Source of the DNA: a bacterium
Lineage (GTDB): Bacteria; Arandabacterota; Arandabacteria; Arandabacterales; Arandabacteraceae
Direction: 5' to 3'
Length of the DNA: 64,000 nucleotides
Assembly (NCBI GenBank): GCA_029933125.1
Contig: JAOZOU010000004.1
Span: 200,879-264,878, forward strand
Part shown: positions 48,739 through 58,892 of the stretch, in pieces
Numbering within the stretch: the first letter of the stretch is position 1
Layout: every line of letters begins with the position of its first letter
The notes under the pieces: model-generated
What the model saw: the letters and a program-made list of their open reading frames with translations, nothing else
Told to the model about the DNA's origin: nothing
Databases searched by the model: none
Made by a program: the position numbers and the translations under genes

Positions 48739-49765
48739 GGCTGGAAGGGCTGCCAACTTCGACAAAGAGGGCGACGTACTTGTCGTTGAGACAGCTCGCA
48801 ATGTAGTGCGCATCGAGGCAAGCGAGATCGCCAGGCTTGAGGAGAGGATAGGCGACGAATTCGTTGGAGCGGTAAGAGCAATAGTTGAGTGCATTGAGAG
48901 AGGCGGCAAGGTCATCGTTACAGGAATAGGAAAGAGTGGTCTGGTTGGCAAGAAGCTGGCTGCGACGATGAACAGCACAGGTACAACTGCCTTCTTCATG
49001 CATCCTGTTGAAGCTGTCCATGGCGATCTTGGTATGGTATGTGCGAGGGATGTTGTGATTGCCATCTCTAAGAGTGGACGCAGCGAGGAGCTTGCTGCAC
49101 TCCTGCCCACCTTCAAGCGCCTCGGCAACAGAATTGTTGCAATCACAGGCAATGTCTCATCTGAACTGGCAAAGGAAAGCGATTTTGTTCTCGATGTTGC
49201 CGTCCGCCAGGAAGCATGTCCATATGACCTTGCGCCGACTGCATCGACATCATGTGCTGTAGCGATGGCAGATGCCCTCGCTATTGCAATCTTCGTTGTG
49301 AGAGGTCTCAAACCTGAGGATTTTGCCTTCCATCACCCAGGAGGTTCACTTGGCAAGCGTTTGCTGCTCAAGGTCAAGGACATAATGCACACGGGCCAGG
49401 AGATACCGCTCGTGAAAGAGAATGCCACCATGCGTGAGGCTCTCATGGAAATCATAGAGAAACGACTTGGTGTTACGGGTGTGGTAAATGATGAGGGGAA
49501 ACTGGTGGGAATAATAACTGATGGTGATATAAAACGCATCCTCATGGGTCATCCCGATGTCAAAGATATAAGAGAGATAAGGGTTGGCAATGTGATGACG
49601 CCCAATCCTCGCACAATAGAAGCAGATGCACTTGTGGCAAGGGCAATTCAGAAGATGGAAGAAGATCCCCACCGCCTTATTACCTGCCTGATGATTGTGG
49701 ACGATGAAGGCTATCCTATGGGGATAATTCACATGCATGACTGCCTTCGTACAGGAATCGCCTAG
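48731..49765 (+). CDS. kdsD: Arabinose-5-phosphate isomerase (KpsF/GutQ, SIS + 2 CBS)
   Basis: TGIGKSG, HP.EA.HGDLG, LAPTAST, HPGGSLG, CBS pair. Confidence 0.95.
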   Translation: MAEAGRAANFDKEGDVLVVETARNVVRIEASEIARLEERIGDEFVGAVRAIVECIERGGKVIVTGIGKSGLVGKKLAATMNSTGTTAFFMHPVEAVHGDLGMVCARDVVIAISKSGRSEELAALLPTFKRLGNRIVAITGNVSSELAKESDFVLDVAVRQEACPYDLAPTASTSCAVAMADALAIAIFVVRGLKPEDFAFHHPGGSLGKRLLLKVKDIMHTGQEIPLVKENATMREALMEIIEKRLGVTGVVNDEGKLVGIITDGDIKRILMGHPDVKDIREIRVGNVMTPNPRTIEADALVARAIQKMEEDPHRLITCLMIVDDEGYPMGIIHMHDCLRTGIA

Positions 49766-49768
49766 AAT

Positions 49769-49784
49769 TGGCATAGTATATGCT
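49769..49784 (+). promoter_or_regulatory. Sigma-54 (-24/-12) motif upstream of the lpxL-lptC-lptB-rpoN operon
   Basis: TGGCATA-GTAT-ATGCT with correct GG-N10-GC spacing. Confidence 0.55.
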
Positions 49785-49812
49785 TGACAGCCTCTCACCG
49801 CGGCAATAACAT
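49784..49812 (+). promoter_or_regulatory. Sigma-70 promoter
   Basis: TTGACA (49784-49789), 17 nt, TAACAT (49807-49812). Confidence 0.6.
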
Positions 49813-49860
49813 CAAAGTGGTTGCACATTGAAGCTGACATCTCGCGAAGGCGATCACGAA

Positions 49861-50769
49861 GTGATGAAGCGACCCTGGGTAAGATGGCTGCGGAGGCTTA
49901 TCGCATACGCTTTTGTCAAATCAGTGACTAAGATAGGTGAGATTCTGCCTGCTAGGATCGGCAGACGGCTCTATGTCAGCCTCGGTAGAGCTTCCTACTA
50001 TCTCCTGCCGAACTCGCGGCGCATAGCTCTTGCAAACTTAAGGGTTGCCTTCGGAGAGCATGCTGCCGATAAAGAGATAAGGGCAATAGCCAAGGCAACC
50101 TTCGCAAATCTCGGAAGATTTGCCTACGATATAGTTCAGGCTCGTCATCGGGGTCCGGAATGGGTTAAGCACCTAGCTACAGTTCGGGGGAAGCACAATC
50201 TTGATGAAGCACTTGCAAGAGGTAAGGGTGTAATAGCACTGACGGGGCACGTTGGAAATTGGGAATTGCTTGCAGCCTACTTCTCAATGATCGGCTACCC
50301 AATCAATGTGCTCGCAACCTCTCTTAAGGACTCAAAGCTTAACGACCTTCTCGTAAAAATGCGGACGGATGTTGGGGTTAGAGTACTCGATAGGTCAAAG
50401 GGATTGATACAGGCTTTCAGATGCCTCAAGCGTGGGGAGGTCCTTGGTGTACTCATAGATCAGGACACCTCTGTCGAGAGTGTTCTTGTCGATTTCCTGG
50501 GAACACCAGCAAAGACAGCTGTTGGTGCAGTGAAGCTTGCCTCGCGCACAGGTGCAGCAATCGTGCCTCTTGCGATGACATTGAACGACAGCGGTCACTA
50601 TGAAATCGACATCAAGGAGGCTCTGAAGATTGGTGGGAGGGATGAAACCCTCCGTGAGGATGTGGAACTTTGCTCAAAGGCTATTGAGGATTTCATCAGG
50701 CGGAAGCCTTCGCAGTGGGTCTGGATGCACAAACGATGGAAATCTGTACTTGGCGAAATATATCAATAG
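49861..50769 (+). CDS. Lipid A late acyltransferase (LpxL/HtrB family)
   Basis: H.GNWE, LIDQD, FLG..A.T, P.QW.WMHKRWK; start 49861/49864 preferred over TTG 49828. Confidence 0.9.
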   Translation: MMKRPWVRWLRRLIAYAFVKSVTKIGEILPARIGRRLYVSLGRASYYLLPNSRRIALANLRVAFGEHAADKEIRAIAKATFANLGRFAYDIVQARHRGPEWVKHLATVRGKHNLDEALARGKGVIALTGHVGNWELLAAYFSMIGYPINVLATSLKDSKLNDLLVKMRTDVGVRVLDRSKGLIQAFRCLKRGEVLGVLIDQDTSVESVLVDFLGTPAKTAVGAVKLASRTGAAIVPLAMTLNDSGHYEIDIKEALKIGGRDETLREDVELCSKAIEDFIRRKPSQWVWMHKRWKSVLGEIYQ

Positions 50770-51311
50770 TCCTGAGACTCCTTTGCTTATCCTCTTTGAT
50801 TCTCGGTGCTTGTTCAAAGGAGCAGGAGGAGCAGGGGATTAGCGGAAAGACTCGAATGATACCAGATCAGATAATCACCGATTTTGAGATAACGGAGACA
50901 GCCTCTGGCAGAAGGGATTGGACCATGCATGCTGATAGTGCCTATCTCTATGAACGGCGAAACCTCTTGGAGGCTAAGTCGATAGAGGTTACATTCTATG
51001 ATGAGAAGGGTGAAGTGCGATCGGTGCTTCAAGCGAATTATGGCAAGCTTAACCGGAGTACTGACGATATGGAAGCAAGGGGGAATGTCATTGTTACGAG
51101 CAAGGATGGTGTCAAACTTGAGACACCGAGTCTGACCTGGCTCAACAAGCAGAGAAAGATAGTTTCAGACGATACGGTCAAAGTGACACGCGAACACGAT
51201 ATCTTGACAGGCTGGGGGTTCAGAGGTGATCCCGATCTTGGCACCTTCAAGATCCTTCGCAACATGAAAGCAACCATCAGAGGCGATGCAACTCAAGAGA
51301 CGAAACAATGA
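50736..51311 (+). CDS. lptC: LPS export protein LptC
   Basis: Lipobox-like LGAC; beta-jellyroll pattern (W...A..A, V.F.D, GNV.V, L.T..L.W); upstream of lptB. Confidence 0.85.
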   Translation: MEICTWRNISIVLRLLCLSSLILGACSKEQEEQGISGKTRMIPDQIITDFEITETASGRRDWTMHADSAYLYERRNLLEAKSIEVTFYDEKGEVRSVLQANYGKLNRSTDDMEARGNVIVTSKDGVKLETPSLTWLNKQRKIVSDDTVKVTREHDILTGWGFRGDPDLGTFKILRNMKATIRGDATQETKQ

Positions 51312-52039
51312 AATCCAGTGTGCTTTGTACCGATAATCTAGTCAAGGTGTATCGAGGTCGAAGGGTGGTCGACGGTGTTTCGCTAGAGGTTAGGCAGGGT
51401 GAGATCGTTGGCTTGCTTGGGCAAAACGGGGCTGGTAAGACAACCACTTTCTATATGATAATGGGTCTTGTGAGACCTGAGAGTGGTCGCATCTTTCTTG
51501 ACGGGAGGGATGTGACGGAGCTACCCATGCATCTTAGAGCGAGGATGGGCTTAGGCTATCTTTCTCAGGAACCATCGGTATTTAGGAAGCTTTCCGTTGA
51601 GGACAATGTGAAGGCAATCCTTGAAACCCTCGGTCTTACCAAGGATGAGATTGAATCAGAGCTTAGGCGGCTCCTCAGTGAGCTGGGAATCGAACATCTG
51701 CGTAAGTCAAAAGCCTATATGCTCTCAGGTGGGGAGCGCAGAAGGCTTGAGATTGCGCGCGCTCTCGTGACCAAACCGAGATTCATGCTGCTTGATGAGC
51801 CGTTTTCTGGAATTGACCCAATCGCTGTCCAGGATATTCAGTCAATTGTTGCCGGACTGAGGGAAAAGGGACTTGGGCTTTTGATAACCGACCACAATGT
51901 GAGGGAGACACTCTCGATAACCGACCGCTCTTATGTCATGGCGGAAGGCAGAATACTTGTCTCAGGTAAACCAGAGGAGCTTGCTAGCAACCCACTTGCT
52001 CGTGAGGTTTATCTTGGTGAGCGCTTTACGTTAGGATAG
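51308..52039 (+). CDS. lptB: LPS export ABC ATPase
   Basis: [49 protein letters not shown]. Confidence 0.96.
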   Translation: MKSSVLCTDNLVKVYRGRRVVDGVSLEVRQGEIVGLLGQNGAGKTTTFYMIMGLVRPESGRIFLDGRDVTELPMHLRARMGLGYLSQEPSVFRKLSVEDNVKAILETLGLTKDEIESELRRLLSELGIEHLRKSKAYMLSGGERRRLEIARALVTKPRFMLLDEPFSGIDPIAVQDIQSIVAGLREKGLGLLITDHNVRETLSITDRSYVMAEGRILVSGKPEELASNPLAREVYLGERFTLG

Positions 52040-52063
52040 ATACCTGACAACGGAGGACGATCT

Positions 52064-53479
52064 ATGGAGATCCGACAGGACATGAGGCAGCAGCAGCGTC
52101 AGGAGATGCGCCTTGTAATGACACCCAAGCTCCAGCAGGCAATCAAGCTTCTTCAGGTTCCTGCCCTAGAGCTCCAACAGATTCTCAAACATGAGCTCAT
52201 CACCAATCCCATGTTGGAAGAGGCTGATGAGGAAGAAAGTGAGATTCAAGAAGTCCAAGAGGCTGAGAGTGGTGATGAAGGTGAATTCAAGGCTTCAGAG
52301 GTTGAGATCGACTGGGATCGCTACCTTAAAGACGGATTTGAGATGGGGGGAAGGGCTACAGGTGAGGTGGAGGAACAGGAAGAGACCCTTGAAAGAGTTC
52401 CTGTAGCTAAGCCGAGTTTTGAAGAGTATCTGACTTCTCAGCTCAGACTTGCCACGAGTGACGAAGACAAGATAAGAATTGGTGAGTTCATTATTGGAAG
52501 TCTTGATTCAAATGGCTATCTGACCATTAGTCCTGAGGATATAGCCAGGGCGCTTGGGGTTGAGGTGGAAAAAGTGGAAGAGGTGCTTGCGATAATAAGA
52601 ACGTTTGATCCTCCTGGTATTGCTGCCCGTGATCTCAGGGAATGCCTTCTTATCCAGCTTGAGCAGGCTAGTCTTGCGGACGGCCTTGCCTACATGCTGG
52701 TGAGAGATCATCTTGATGATCTCCTTAAGAAGCGTTACGGTGAGATAGCGCGCAAACTCAAGAGGAGTGTAAAGGAAATTCAGAAGGCTGCGGATGTCAT
52801 TGGTCGCTTTGACCCAAGGCCAGGTGCAAGATACTCTCAAGAGGAACCCCGCTACATTGTCCCCGACCTTATTGTTGAGAAGGTTGATGGCGATTACATC
52901 GTTGACATAAATGACAGGAATGTACCTCGCCTCAGAATCAATCGTGCCTACCGTGACATCCTCTCGAACGCCAAGTCACGCAGCAAGGAAGAACATGATT
53001 ATGTTATTGATAAGCTCAACTCAGCTAGGTGGTTGCTTAATACCATTGAGCAAAGACGCCAGACGATGCTAAAAGTAATGCAGGCAATTCTTGAGGCACA
53101 GCGTGATTTCTTTGATAAGGGTGTCGAACACCTCAAGCCGCTGACCTTGCAGGAGATAGCGGAGCGAGTTGGTATACACGAGTCGACAGTTAGTCGTGTA
53201 ACGAGCAACAAGTATGTTCAAACCCCGCGAGGTGTTTTTGAGCTCAAGTTCTTCTTCTCGACAGGACTTAAGACCGATGACGGAGATGTTGCCTCATCGA
53301 GGCATATAAAGATACGAATAGCCGAGATGATTGAGAAAGAAGATAAGCACCATCCCCTCAGCGATCAGGAGATTGCAAGGAGATTGAAGCAAGAGGGCTT
53401 TCTGGTGGCTCGGCGAACTGTTGCCAAGTACCGGGATCAGCTTGGGATCTTGCCGGCTCGCATGAGGAAAGAATACTAG
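52064..53479 (+). CDS. rpoN: RNA polymerase sigma-54 factor
   Basis: Gln-rich region I (TPKLQQAIKLLQ), HESTVSR, RpoN box ARRTVAKYR. Confidence 0.97.
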   Translation: MEIRQDMRQQQRQEMRLVMTPKLQQAIKLLQVPALELQQILKHELITNPMLEEADEEESEIQEVQEAESGDEGEFKASEVEIDWDRYLKDGFEMGGRATGEVEEQEETLERVPVAKPSFEEYLTSQLRLATSDEDKIRIGEFIIGSLDSNGYLTISPEDIARALGVEVEKVEEVLAIIRTFDPPGIAARDLRECLLIQLEQASLADGLAYMLVRDHLDDLLKKRYGEIARKLKRSVKEIQKAADVIGRFDPRPGARYSQEEPRYIVPDLIVEKVDGDYIVDINDRNVPRLRINRAYRDILSNAKSRSKEEHDYVIDKLNSARWLLNTIEQRRQTMLKVMQAILEAQRDFFDKGVEHLKPLTLQEIAERVGIHESTVSRVTSNKYVQTPRGVFELKFFFSTGLKTDDGDVASSRHIKIRIAEMIEKEDKHHPLSDQEIARRLKQEGFLVARRTVAKYRDQLGILPARMRKEY

Positions 53480-53493
53480 TAACAGGAGGGCAC

Positions 53494-54363
53494 TTGGCAA
53501 GAAGGTTACCTTCCTGGCTTAAAACAGATCTTCCAGACGCTCGCTCGCTTGCGCGTATCAGGCAAGCAGTGGAAGAGGGCGGTCTCAATACGATTTGCTA
53601 CGAGGCGAGATGCCCGAACAAGGCTGAGTGTTTTCGTGAGAATTCGGTTACGTTCCTCATACTTGGAAGACATTGTACGCGTGCGTGCCGCTTCTGCAAT
53701 GTCCAAACTTGCCAACCCGAGCCTGTGGAGCCGGATGAGCCAACCAAGCTTCTCGAAGCGTGCTTCAGCCTTGGACTGGACTATGTGATAATAACATCGG
53801 TTTCGAGAGATGATCTATCCGATTATGGATCATCCCATTTCGCCAGGTGCGTTACAACCTTGCGGCCATATGTCGGGGCCATTGAATTGCTTACTCCTGA
53901 TTTTATGGGTAGATTTGGACTGGTGGATGAAATGATCGAAGCTGGCACTGACGTTTTTGGTCATAACATTGAAACGGTTGAGCGACTCTATCCGTTTGTG
54001 CGGGATAGAGCTAGCTACAAACGCTCGCTTGGTCTGCTGGAATATGTAAAATCTCACTTTTCAAACATCATTACCAAGAGTGGGCTACTCCTTGGTCTTG
54101 GCGAAAACCTGGAGGAGGTGAGGTGCACACTGAAACAGATGCATGAAGCCGGCTGCGACATAGTAACAATTGGTCAATACATGCAACCTTCGAGGCTTCA
54201 TGTTCCAGTTAGCGACTACTTTGCCCCGAGCATCTTTGATGAACTCAGGGTGTTCGCAGAAGAACTTGGAATGATCGCGATTTGTGGACCCAAGGTTCGT
54301 AGCTCCTTTCGTGCAAGAGCAGCATACGATGCCGTGAAATCAAGGAGGTCCAAATGCGAATAG
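53494..54363 (+). CDS. lipA: Lipoyl synthase
   Basis: CX4CX5C (CYEARCPNKAEC), CTRACRFC, HNIETV, GQY.QP, RSSF. Confidence 0.93.
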   Translation: MARRLPSWLKTDLPDARSLARIRQAVEEGGLNTICYEARCPNKAECFRENSVTFLILGRHCTRACRFCNVQTCQPEPVEPDEPTKLLEACFSLGLDYVIITSVSRDDLSDYGSSHFARCVTTLRPYVGAIELLTPDFMGRFGLVDEMIEAGTDVFGHNIETVERLYPFVRDRASYKRSLGLLEYVKSHFSNIITKSGLLLGLGENLEEVRCTLKQMHEAGCDIVTIGQYMQPSRLHVPVSDYFAPSIFDELRVFAEELGMIAICGPKVRSSFRARAAYDAVKSRRSKCE

Positions 54364-54722
54364 AGATCACCTCGAAATCATATGATCTGACGGATGGAAT
54401 GCGTCAGCACATCGAGAAAAAGCTCCTCAAGTTGAAGCACTACTTCGATAGTGTTTTAGATTGCCATGTATTCCTGAGGGTTGAACGTTTCATGTACAAA
54501 TTTGAGATTACCTTGCATGGAAATGGCTTTGATCTTTTTGCAGAAGCCCAGTCCGGAGATCTACATGCGGCATTCGATAGCGCTGCTGAGAAGATGGAAA
54601 GACAGGTTAGGAAACTCAAGGACAAGATCAGAAGGCGTAGAAATCGCCGCCCAGGGAGGATGGTCGCTGGGGAATCTCCTGGTGAAGAGGTGGCAGAAGA
54701 GGTTGAGGGAAAGGGAGCATGA
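54354..54722 (+). CDS. hpf: Ribosome hibernation factor HPF/RaiA (short form)
   Basis: M.I.IT......T.....H...KL.KL; DL.AA.D....K.ERQ..K.K.K; rpoN context. Confidence 0.88.
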   Translation: MRIEITSKSYDLTDGMRQHIEKKLLKLKHYFDSVLDCHVFLRVERFMYKFEITLHGNGFDLFAEAQSGDLHAAFDSAAEKMERQVRKLKDKIRRRRNRRPGRMVAGESPGEEVAEEVEGKGA

Positions 54723-55690
54723 AAGCAAAACAAATTCCGCTTTCCCAGATCATAAATGACTGTGGAGATTTCCTTCATCTTAGGGCGTTGAATGAGATAA
54801 GGGGCTCTGACCCCAACATTGAGAGAAGTGATATTGGGATACCGTCACTCAGCATGGTTGGTTTGGGACCCCCTCCACCAAGAGGTCAGATCCAGTTACT
54901 GGGGAAACAAGAATTGACTTACCTCGAGGGACTGTCGCTTGAGGACTGTACCAAAGCCGTCGAGAACATTAGCAAGCTCGATGTTCCCTGCGTGATCCTT
55001 ACCTCTGCAGAGAAGCTTTCTGGCAAACTGGTGGATGTTTTTTCAGCAAGTCCCGCACCTGTCATGACAAGTGATCTCTCAATGAGTCAGGTATTCCAGT
55101 ATTTGAGCAGCTATCTTGAGGTTGAGCTTGCACCTGAGACAACCATCAACGGGACTCTCGTGGATGTCTACGGCGTAGGAATTCTCTTACGGGGTCCCAG
55201 TGGAATAGGTAAAAGCGAATGTGCACTTGATCTTGTAGAACGAGGGCACCGGCTTGTGGCGGATGATGCTGTGAAGACAATTGGCAAGCCACCGGGTATC
55301 CTGATAGGTCGCAGTGTTGCTCCTTTGCAGAACTACGTGGAGGTAAGGGGGATCGGGCTCATCGACATAGGAAGCATCTACGGCATAAGGGCCTTGCGCA
55401 GGCAGAAGCGTATTGAGATTGAGGTCAATCTTACTCCCTGGGACGAAACTAAGCTCCAGGATAGATCGGGCTTGGAGACAAGAAAAGCCGAGATACTTGG
55501 CATAAGCATACCTTCAGTCGCTGTGCCGCTTGTACCCGGGAAGAGCATCAGCGTTATTGTCGAAGTCATTGCCCTGAGTCATACTTTGAAGTCATATGGC
55601 TATGATGCGACCGCTGAGCTCGACAGAAGGTGGCTTGAGCGCATCAAGACAAAGGCACGCACAAGCTTCGAACCCAGGGATACTGAATGA
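54719..55690 (+). CDS. hprK: HPr(Ser) kinase/phosphorylase
   Basis: G.L.DVYG.G.L..GPSGIGKSE.AL.LV.RGHRLVADD; EVRGIG. Confidence 0.95.
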   Translation: MKAKQIPLSQIINDCGDFLHLRALNEIRGSDPNIERSDIGIPSLSMVGLGPPPPRGQIQLLGKQELTYLEGLSLEDCTKAVENISKLDVPCVILTSAEKLSGKLVDVFSASPAPVMTSDLSMSQVFQYLSSYLEVELAPETTINGTLVDVYGVGILLRGPSGIGKSECALDLVERGHRLVADDAVKTIGKPPGILIGRSVAPLQNYVEVRGIGLIDIGSIYGIRALRRQKRIEIEVNLTPWDETKLQDRSGLETRKAEILGISIPSVAVPLVPGKSISVIVEVIALSHTLKSYGYDATAELDRRWLERIKTKARTSFEPRDTE

Positions 55691-55742
55691 TTCATCAACC
55701 GCTTGTTGAGGTGTATGGAGCTTTCTTGTTTTGGGTTTGTAT

Positions 55743-56012
55743 ATGATCGAACGTGATGTCAAGATTATAAACAAGCTTGGGTTGCATCTGAGAGCAGCCG
55801 CTGCTCTGGTGCAAACAGCTTCCGGGTTCGCATCAGACATTCATCTCCGCAAGGACGATATGGAAGTCGACGCCAAAAGCATAATGGGCGTGCTGGGTCT
55901 TGAGGCGGGCCAGGGTACTCACCTTAAGGTGATTGCAAGCGGAAGCGATGAGGAAGATGCTGTAAGGGCAATTGTTGGTCTGATTGAAGCAAAGTTCAAT
56001 GAGGAGGAATAG
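55743..56012 (+). CDS. ptsH: Phosphocarrier protein HPr
   Basis: NKLGLH (His15), DAKSIMG (Ser46); ATG 55743. Confidence 0.93.
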   Translation: MIERDVKIINKLGLHLRAAAALVQTASGFASDIHLRKDDMEVDAKSIMGVLGLEAGQGTHLKVIASGSDEEDAVRAIVGLIEAKFNEEE

Positions 56013-56016
56013 GACT

Positions 56017-57780
56017 TTGCCCGGAGACAGGGATGAGGTTGTTCTGAGTGGTATAGCTGCGTCCCCAGGTTTAGCGATGGGAAAAGCAATAGTCTTTGCC
56101 AAGCGGGACGTTCGTGTTCCTTTCAGAAGAATACAGGCTGGTGAGGTCGAGGTCGAAATTGATAGGCTGAAGAGAGCGATCGCCGAGTCAAAGCGTCAAC
56201 TTGGCGAGATCAGGGATAAGGTCGCAAGTGAGATGGGAGAATCCTATGCACGCATCTTTGATGCTCACATGATGATCCTTGAGGACAGTCGTACCTTCCA
56301 AGAGGTGGAAAGCAAAATAAGGGATGGCTATAACGCTGAATTTGCCTTCAATTCTGTATTTCTTAGGCATGAGAAGGATCTGTGGGAAAAGGGAGATGTC
56401 TATATAAGGGATCGCGCCGGCGATATAAGAGATGTTCGCAAGCGTGTTCTTTCTGTGCTTTCAGGCACAAGGAGAGTATCTCAGGAACTTTCCGATCTCC
56501 AGACAGATGTAATTGTCATTGCTCATGATCTTTCACCTGCCGATACTGCTCAGATGCGCAAGGAGAAGGTCTTGGCTTTTGCAACCGACATCGGGGGGAG
56601 AACATCCCACACTGCAATAATGGCGAGATCGCTCGAGATCCCGGCAGTTGTCGGTTTGCAGAATGTCAGCTCGCGGGTAAGCGATGGCGACTCGGTGATT
56701 GTGGATGGCAACAGAGGTAAGGTCATAATCTCACCAGCCCCTGAGACACAGGAGCGCTACAGGCTGGAGTCCAGGCGTTATGCAAGCTTCACCCGCGGTT
56801 TGCTGAAATTTAGAGACTTGCCTGCTGTTACGATTGACGGGCATACAATAATGCTATCCGCTAACATAGAGTCCCACGAGGAGGTTGGATCTGTCATCGA
56901 GCACGGAGCTCAGGGTATTGGGCTCTATCGGACTGAATTTATCTATATTGGACGTGAGGGCCTTCCAACTGAGGATGAGCAATATGAGATTTATAAATCC
57001 GTCGCAGAGGCTGTCAAGCCAGAGCCTGTGATCATCAGGACGATGGACCTTGGTGGTGATAAGTTCCTTTCGGCCTTCGAGAGCCCCAAAGAGATGAACC
57101 CGTACCTTGGTTGGAGAGGGATAAGATTCTGCCTTGCCCGCAAAGACATATTCCAGACGCAGCTTCGGGCGATACTGCGAGCTAGTGCAGTTGGCAATGT
57201 AAAGATCATGTATCCCATGATTTCAGGTCTGGATGAACTCATTGAAGCCAACAAAGTGCTTGATGAGGTCAAGGATCAACTCAAAGCTGAGGGAGTTGAA
57301 TTTGACGCTGATTGCGAAGTTGGAATTATGGTTGAAACACCTTCAGCTGTCGTAATTGCTGACGAACTAGCCCGTCATGTAAGATTCTTCAGCATAGGTT
57401 CAAATGACTTGATCCAGTATACCCTGGCCGCTGACAGAGGTAATGAGAAGGTTGCCTACCTTTATGAACCGCTCCATCCTTCTGTTCTAAGATTGATCAA
57501 ACAGACTATAGATGTTGCAAAACGATCAGGGATATGGGTTGGGCTTTGCGGTGAGATGTCGAGCGACCTCGTCTGTGCCTTCATCCTGCTTGGAATGGGT
57601 ATTGATGAGTTGAGCGCCAGCCCCTACGTTGTTCCCGCGGTCAAGGAGATGGTGCGATCTGTATACTTCAGCGATGCCAAAAGAGTAGCAGAATTCGCCC
57701 TTAAGACAACGGATCCAGCCAAGGTGCGTCAGGCGGCTATGGAAAACATCGGCAAGGAATTTCCAGAGCTGCTCCTCTGA
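56017..57780 (+). CDS. ptsI: PTS enzyme I
   Basis: GGAGG RBS then TTG 56017; GIAASPG, GG.TSHTAI, GLYRTEF, NP.LGWRGIR, SIGSNDL.QY. Confidence 0.96.
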   Translation: MPGDRDEVVLSGIAASPGLAMGKAIVFAKRDVRVPFRRIQAGEVEVEIDRLKRAIAESKRQLGEIRDKVASEMGESYARIFDAHMMILEDSRTFQEVESKIRDGYNAEFAFNSVFLRHEKDLWEKGDVYIRDRAGDIRDVRKRVLSVLSGTRRVSQELSDLQTDVIVIAHDLSPADTAQMRKEKVLAFATDIGGRTSHTAIMARSLEIPAVVGLQNVSSRVSDGDSVIVDGNRGKVIISPAPETQERYRLESRRYASFTRGLLKFRDLPAVTIDGHTIMLSANIESHEEVGSVIEHGAQGIGLYRTEFIYIGREGLPTEDEQYEIYKSVAEAVKPEPVIIRTMDLGGDKFLSAFESPKEMNPYLGWRGIRFCLARKDIFQTQLRAILRASAVGNVKIMYPMISGLDELIEANKVLDEVKDQLKAEGVEFDADCEVGIMVETPSAVVIADELARHVRFFSIGSNDLIQYTLAADRGNEKVAYLYEPLHPSVLRLIKQTIDVAKRSGIWVGLCGEMSSDLVCAFILLGMGIDELSASPYVVPAVKEMVRSVYFSDAKRVAEFALKTTDPAKVRQAAMENIGKEFPELLL

Positions 57781-57906
57781 AGCCACCTTTGGTGGGCTAA
57801 GTATCTCCTTGCCTCTTTGCGTTAGAGCTTGCCTTGAGGAGTTTTTTGGCTATTATATCAATGATTCGCTTTCTCGGGATTGGGCCATTCTAAACAAGGA
57901 GATTGA

Positions 57907-58881
57907 GTGAGAGCTGTCATTCCTGTTGCCGGAGAAGGCACCCGGCTACGTCCACACACCCATACTACGCCCAAGCCACTTCTGAGGGTGGCTGGCAAGC
58001 CCATACTCGGGCACATTCTTGATGATATAGTCCAGCTCGATATCGGTGAGGTCATCCTTGTTGTCGGATATAGAGGCGAGGATATCGTTGAATATGTAAA
58101 GTCTAACTACGATCTCAAGGTTGATGTCGTCGAACAAACTGAACGCCTTGGACTCGGTCATGCTGTCTTCCTTAGCAAAGAATACGTTTATGGTGATCCC
58201 GTCTTCATAATGCTTGGTGATACGATCTTCAAAGGTGACCTTAAGGAAATGATTGCTGCCAGCGGAAATGTGATCGGTGTGAAGAGAGTCTCAGAACCAA
58301 AGCGATTTGGGATCGTCGAAGTTGTGGGTGGTAAAATAGTGAACCTGGTTGAGAAGCCTGACTCACCCAAATCAAATCTTGCCGTGGCCGGGGTTTATGC
58401 CATCTACGATTCACGCGCTCTCTTTGATGCTCTCGAGGAGCTTATCAGCATTGGATACAGGACAAAAGGTGAGTTTCAGCTGACAGATGCTCTCAATAAA
58501 ATGATACAAATGGGTATTGAGATAAAGGCATTTGAAGTTGAAGGCTGGTATGATTGTGGGAAGCCTGAGACGCTGCTCGAGACCAATCGAGCCCTTCTTG
58601 AAGCATCATCTCCTAAGACGAGCATTCCTGGGAGCATTGTGATAGATCCAGTCTTCATCGCTGAGGATGCTCAGGTACTATCCTCAATCGTTGGTCCATA
58701 CGTTTCGATAGCTGGCGGTTCAGTTGTGAGGAAATCAATAGTGAGGAATTCGATAATAGGGGAGAAAGCCGTTGTTGAAGACGCCCTTCTTGAATCGTCC
58801 CTTATAGGAGACAATGCGATTGTGAGGGGTATGTTCAAACGTCTGAACGTCGGTGACTCTTCGCAGATTGATTTTAGTTAG
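57907..58881 (+). CDS. Sugar-phosphate nucleotidyltransferase (glucose-1-phosphate thymidylyltransferase, long form-like)
   Basis: [10 protein letters not shown]...PKPL, EKP, GE.QLTDA, W.DCG; C-terminal left-handed beta-helix repeats. Confidence 0.88.
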   Translation: MRAVIPVAGEGTRLRPHTHTTPKPLLRVAGKPILGHILDDIVQLDIGEVILVVGYRGEDIVEYVKSNYDLKVDVVEQTERLGLGHAVFLSKEYVYGDPVFIMLGDTIFKGDLKEMIAASGNVIGVKRVSEPKRFGIVEVVGGKIVNLVEKPDSPKSNLAVAGVYAIYDSRALFDALEELISIGYRTKGEFQLTDALNKMIQMGIEIKAFEVEGWYDCGKPETLLETNRALLEASSPKTSIPGSIVIDPVFIAEDAQVLSSIVGPYVSIAGGSVVRKSIVRNSIIGEKAVVEDALLESSLIGDNAIVRGMFKRLNVGDSSQIDFS

Positions 58882-58892
58882 GGAGGTTGAGA

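Noticed and set aside
48115..49311. 398-aa minus-strand ORF
   Set aside because: Antisense shadow of the well-supported kdsA-end/kdsC/kdsD genes; no recognisable motifs
57781..57798. Hairpin AGCCACC-TTT-GGTGGGCT after ptsI
   Set aside because: Bulged stem with no U-tract; not confidently a terminator
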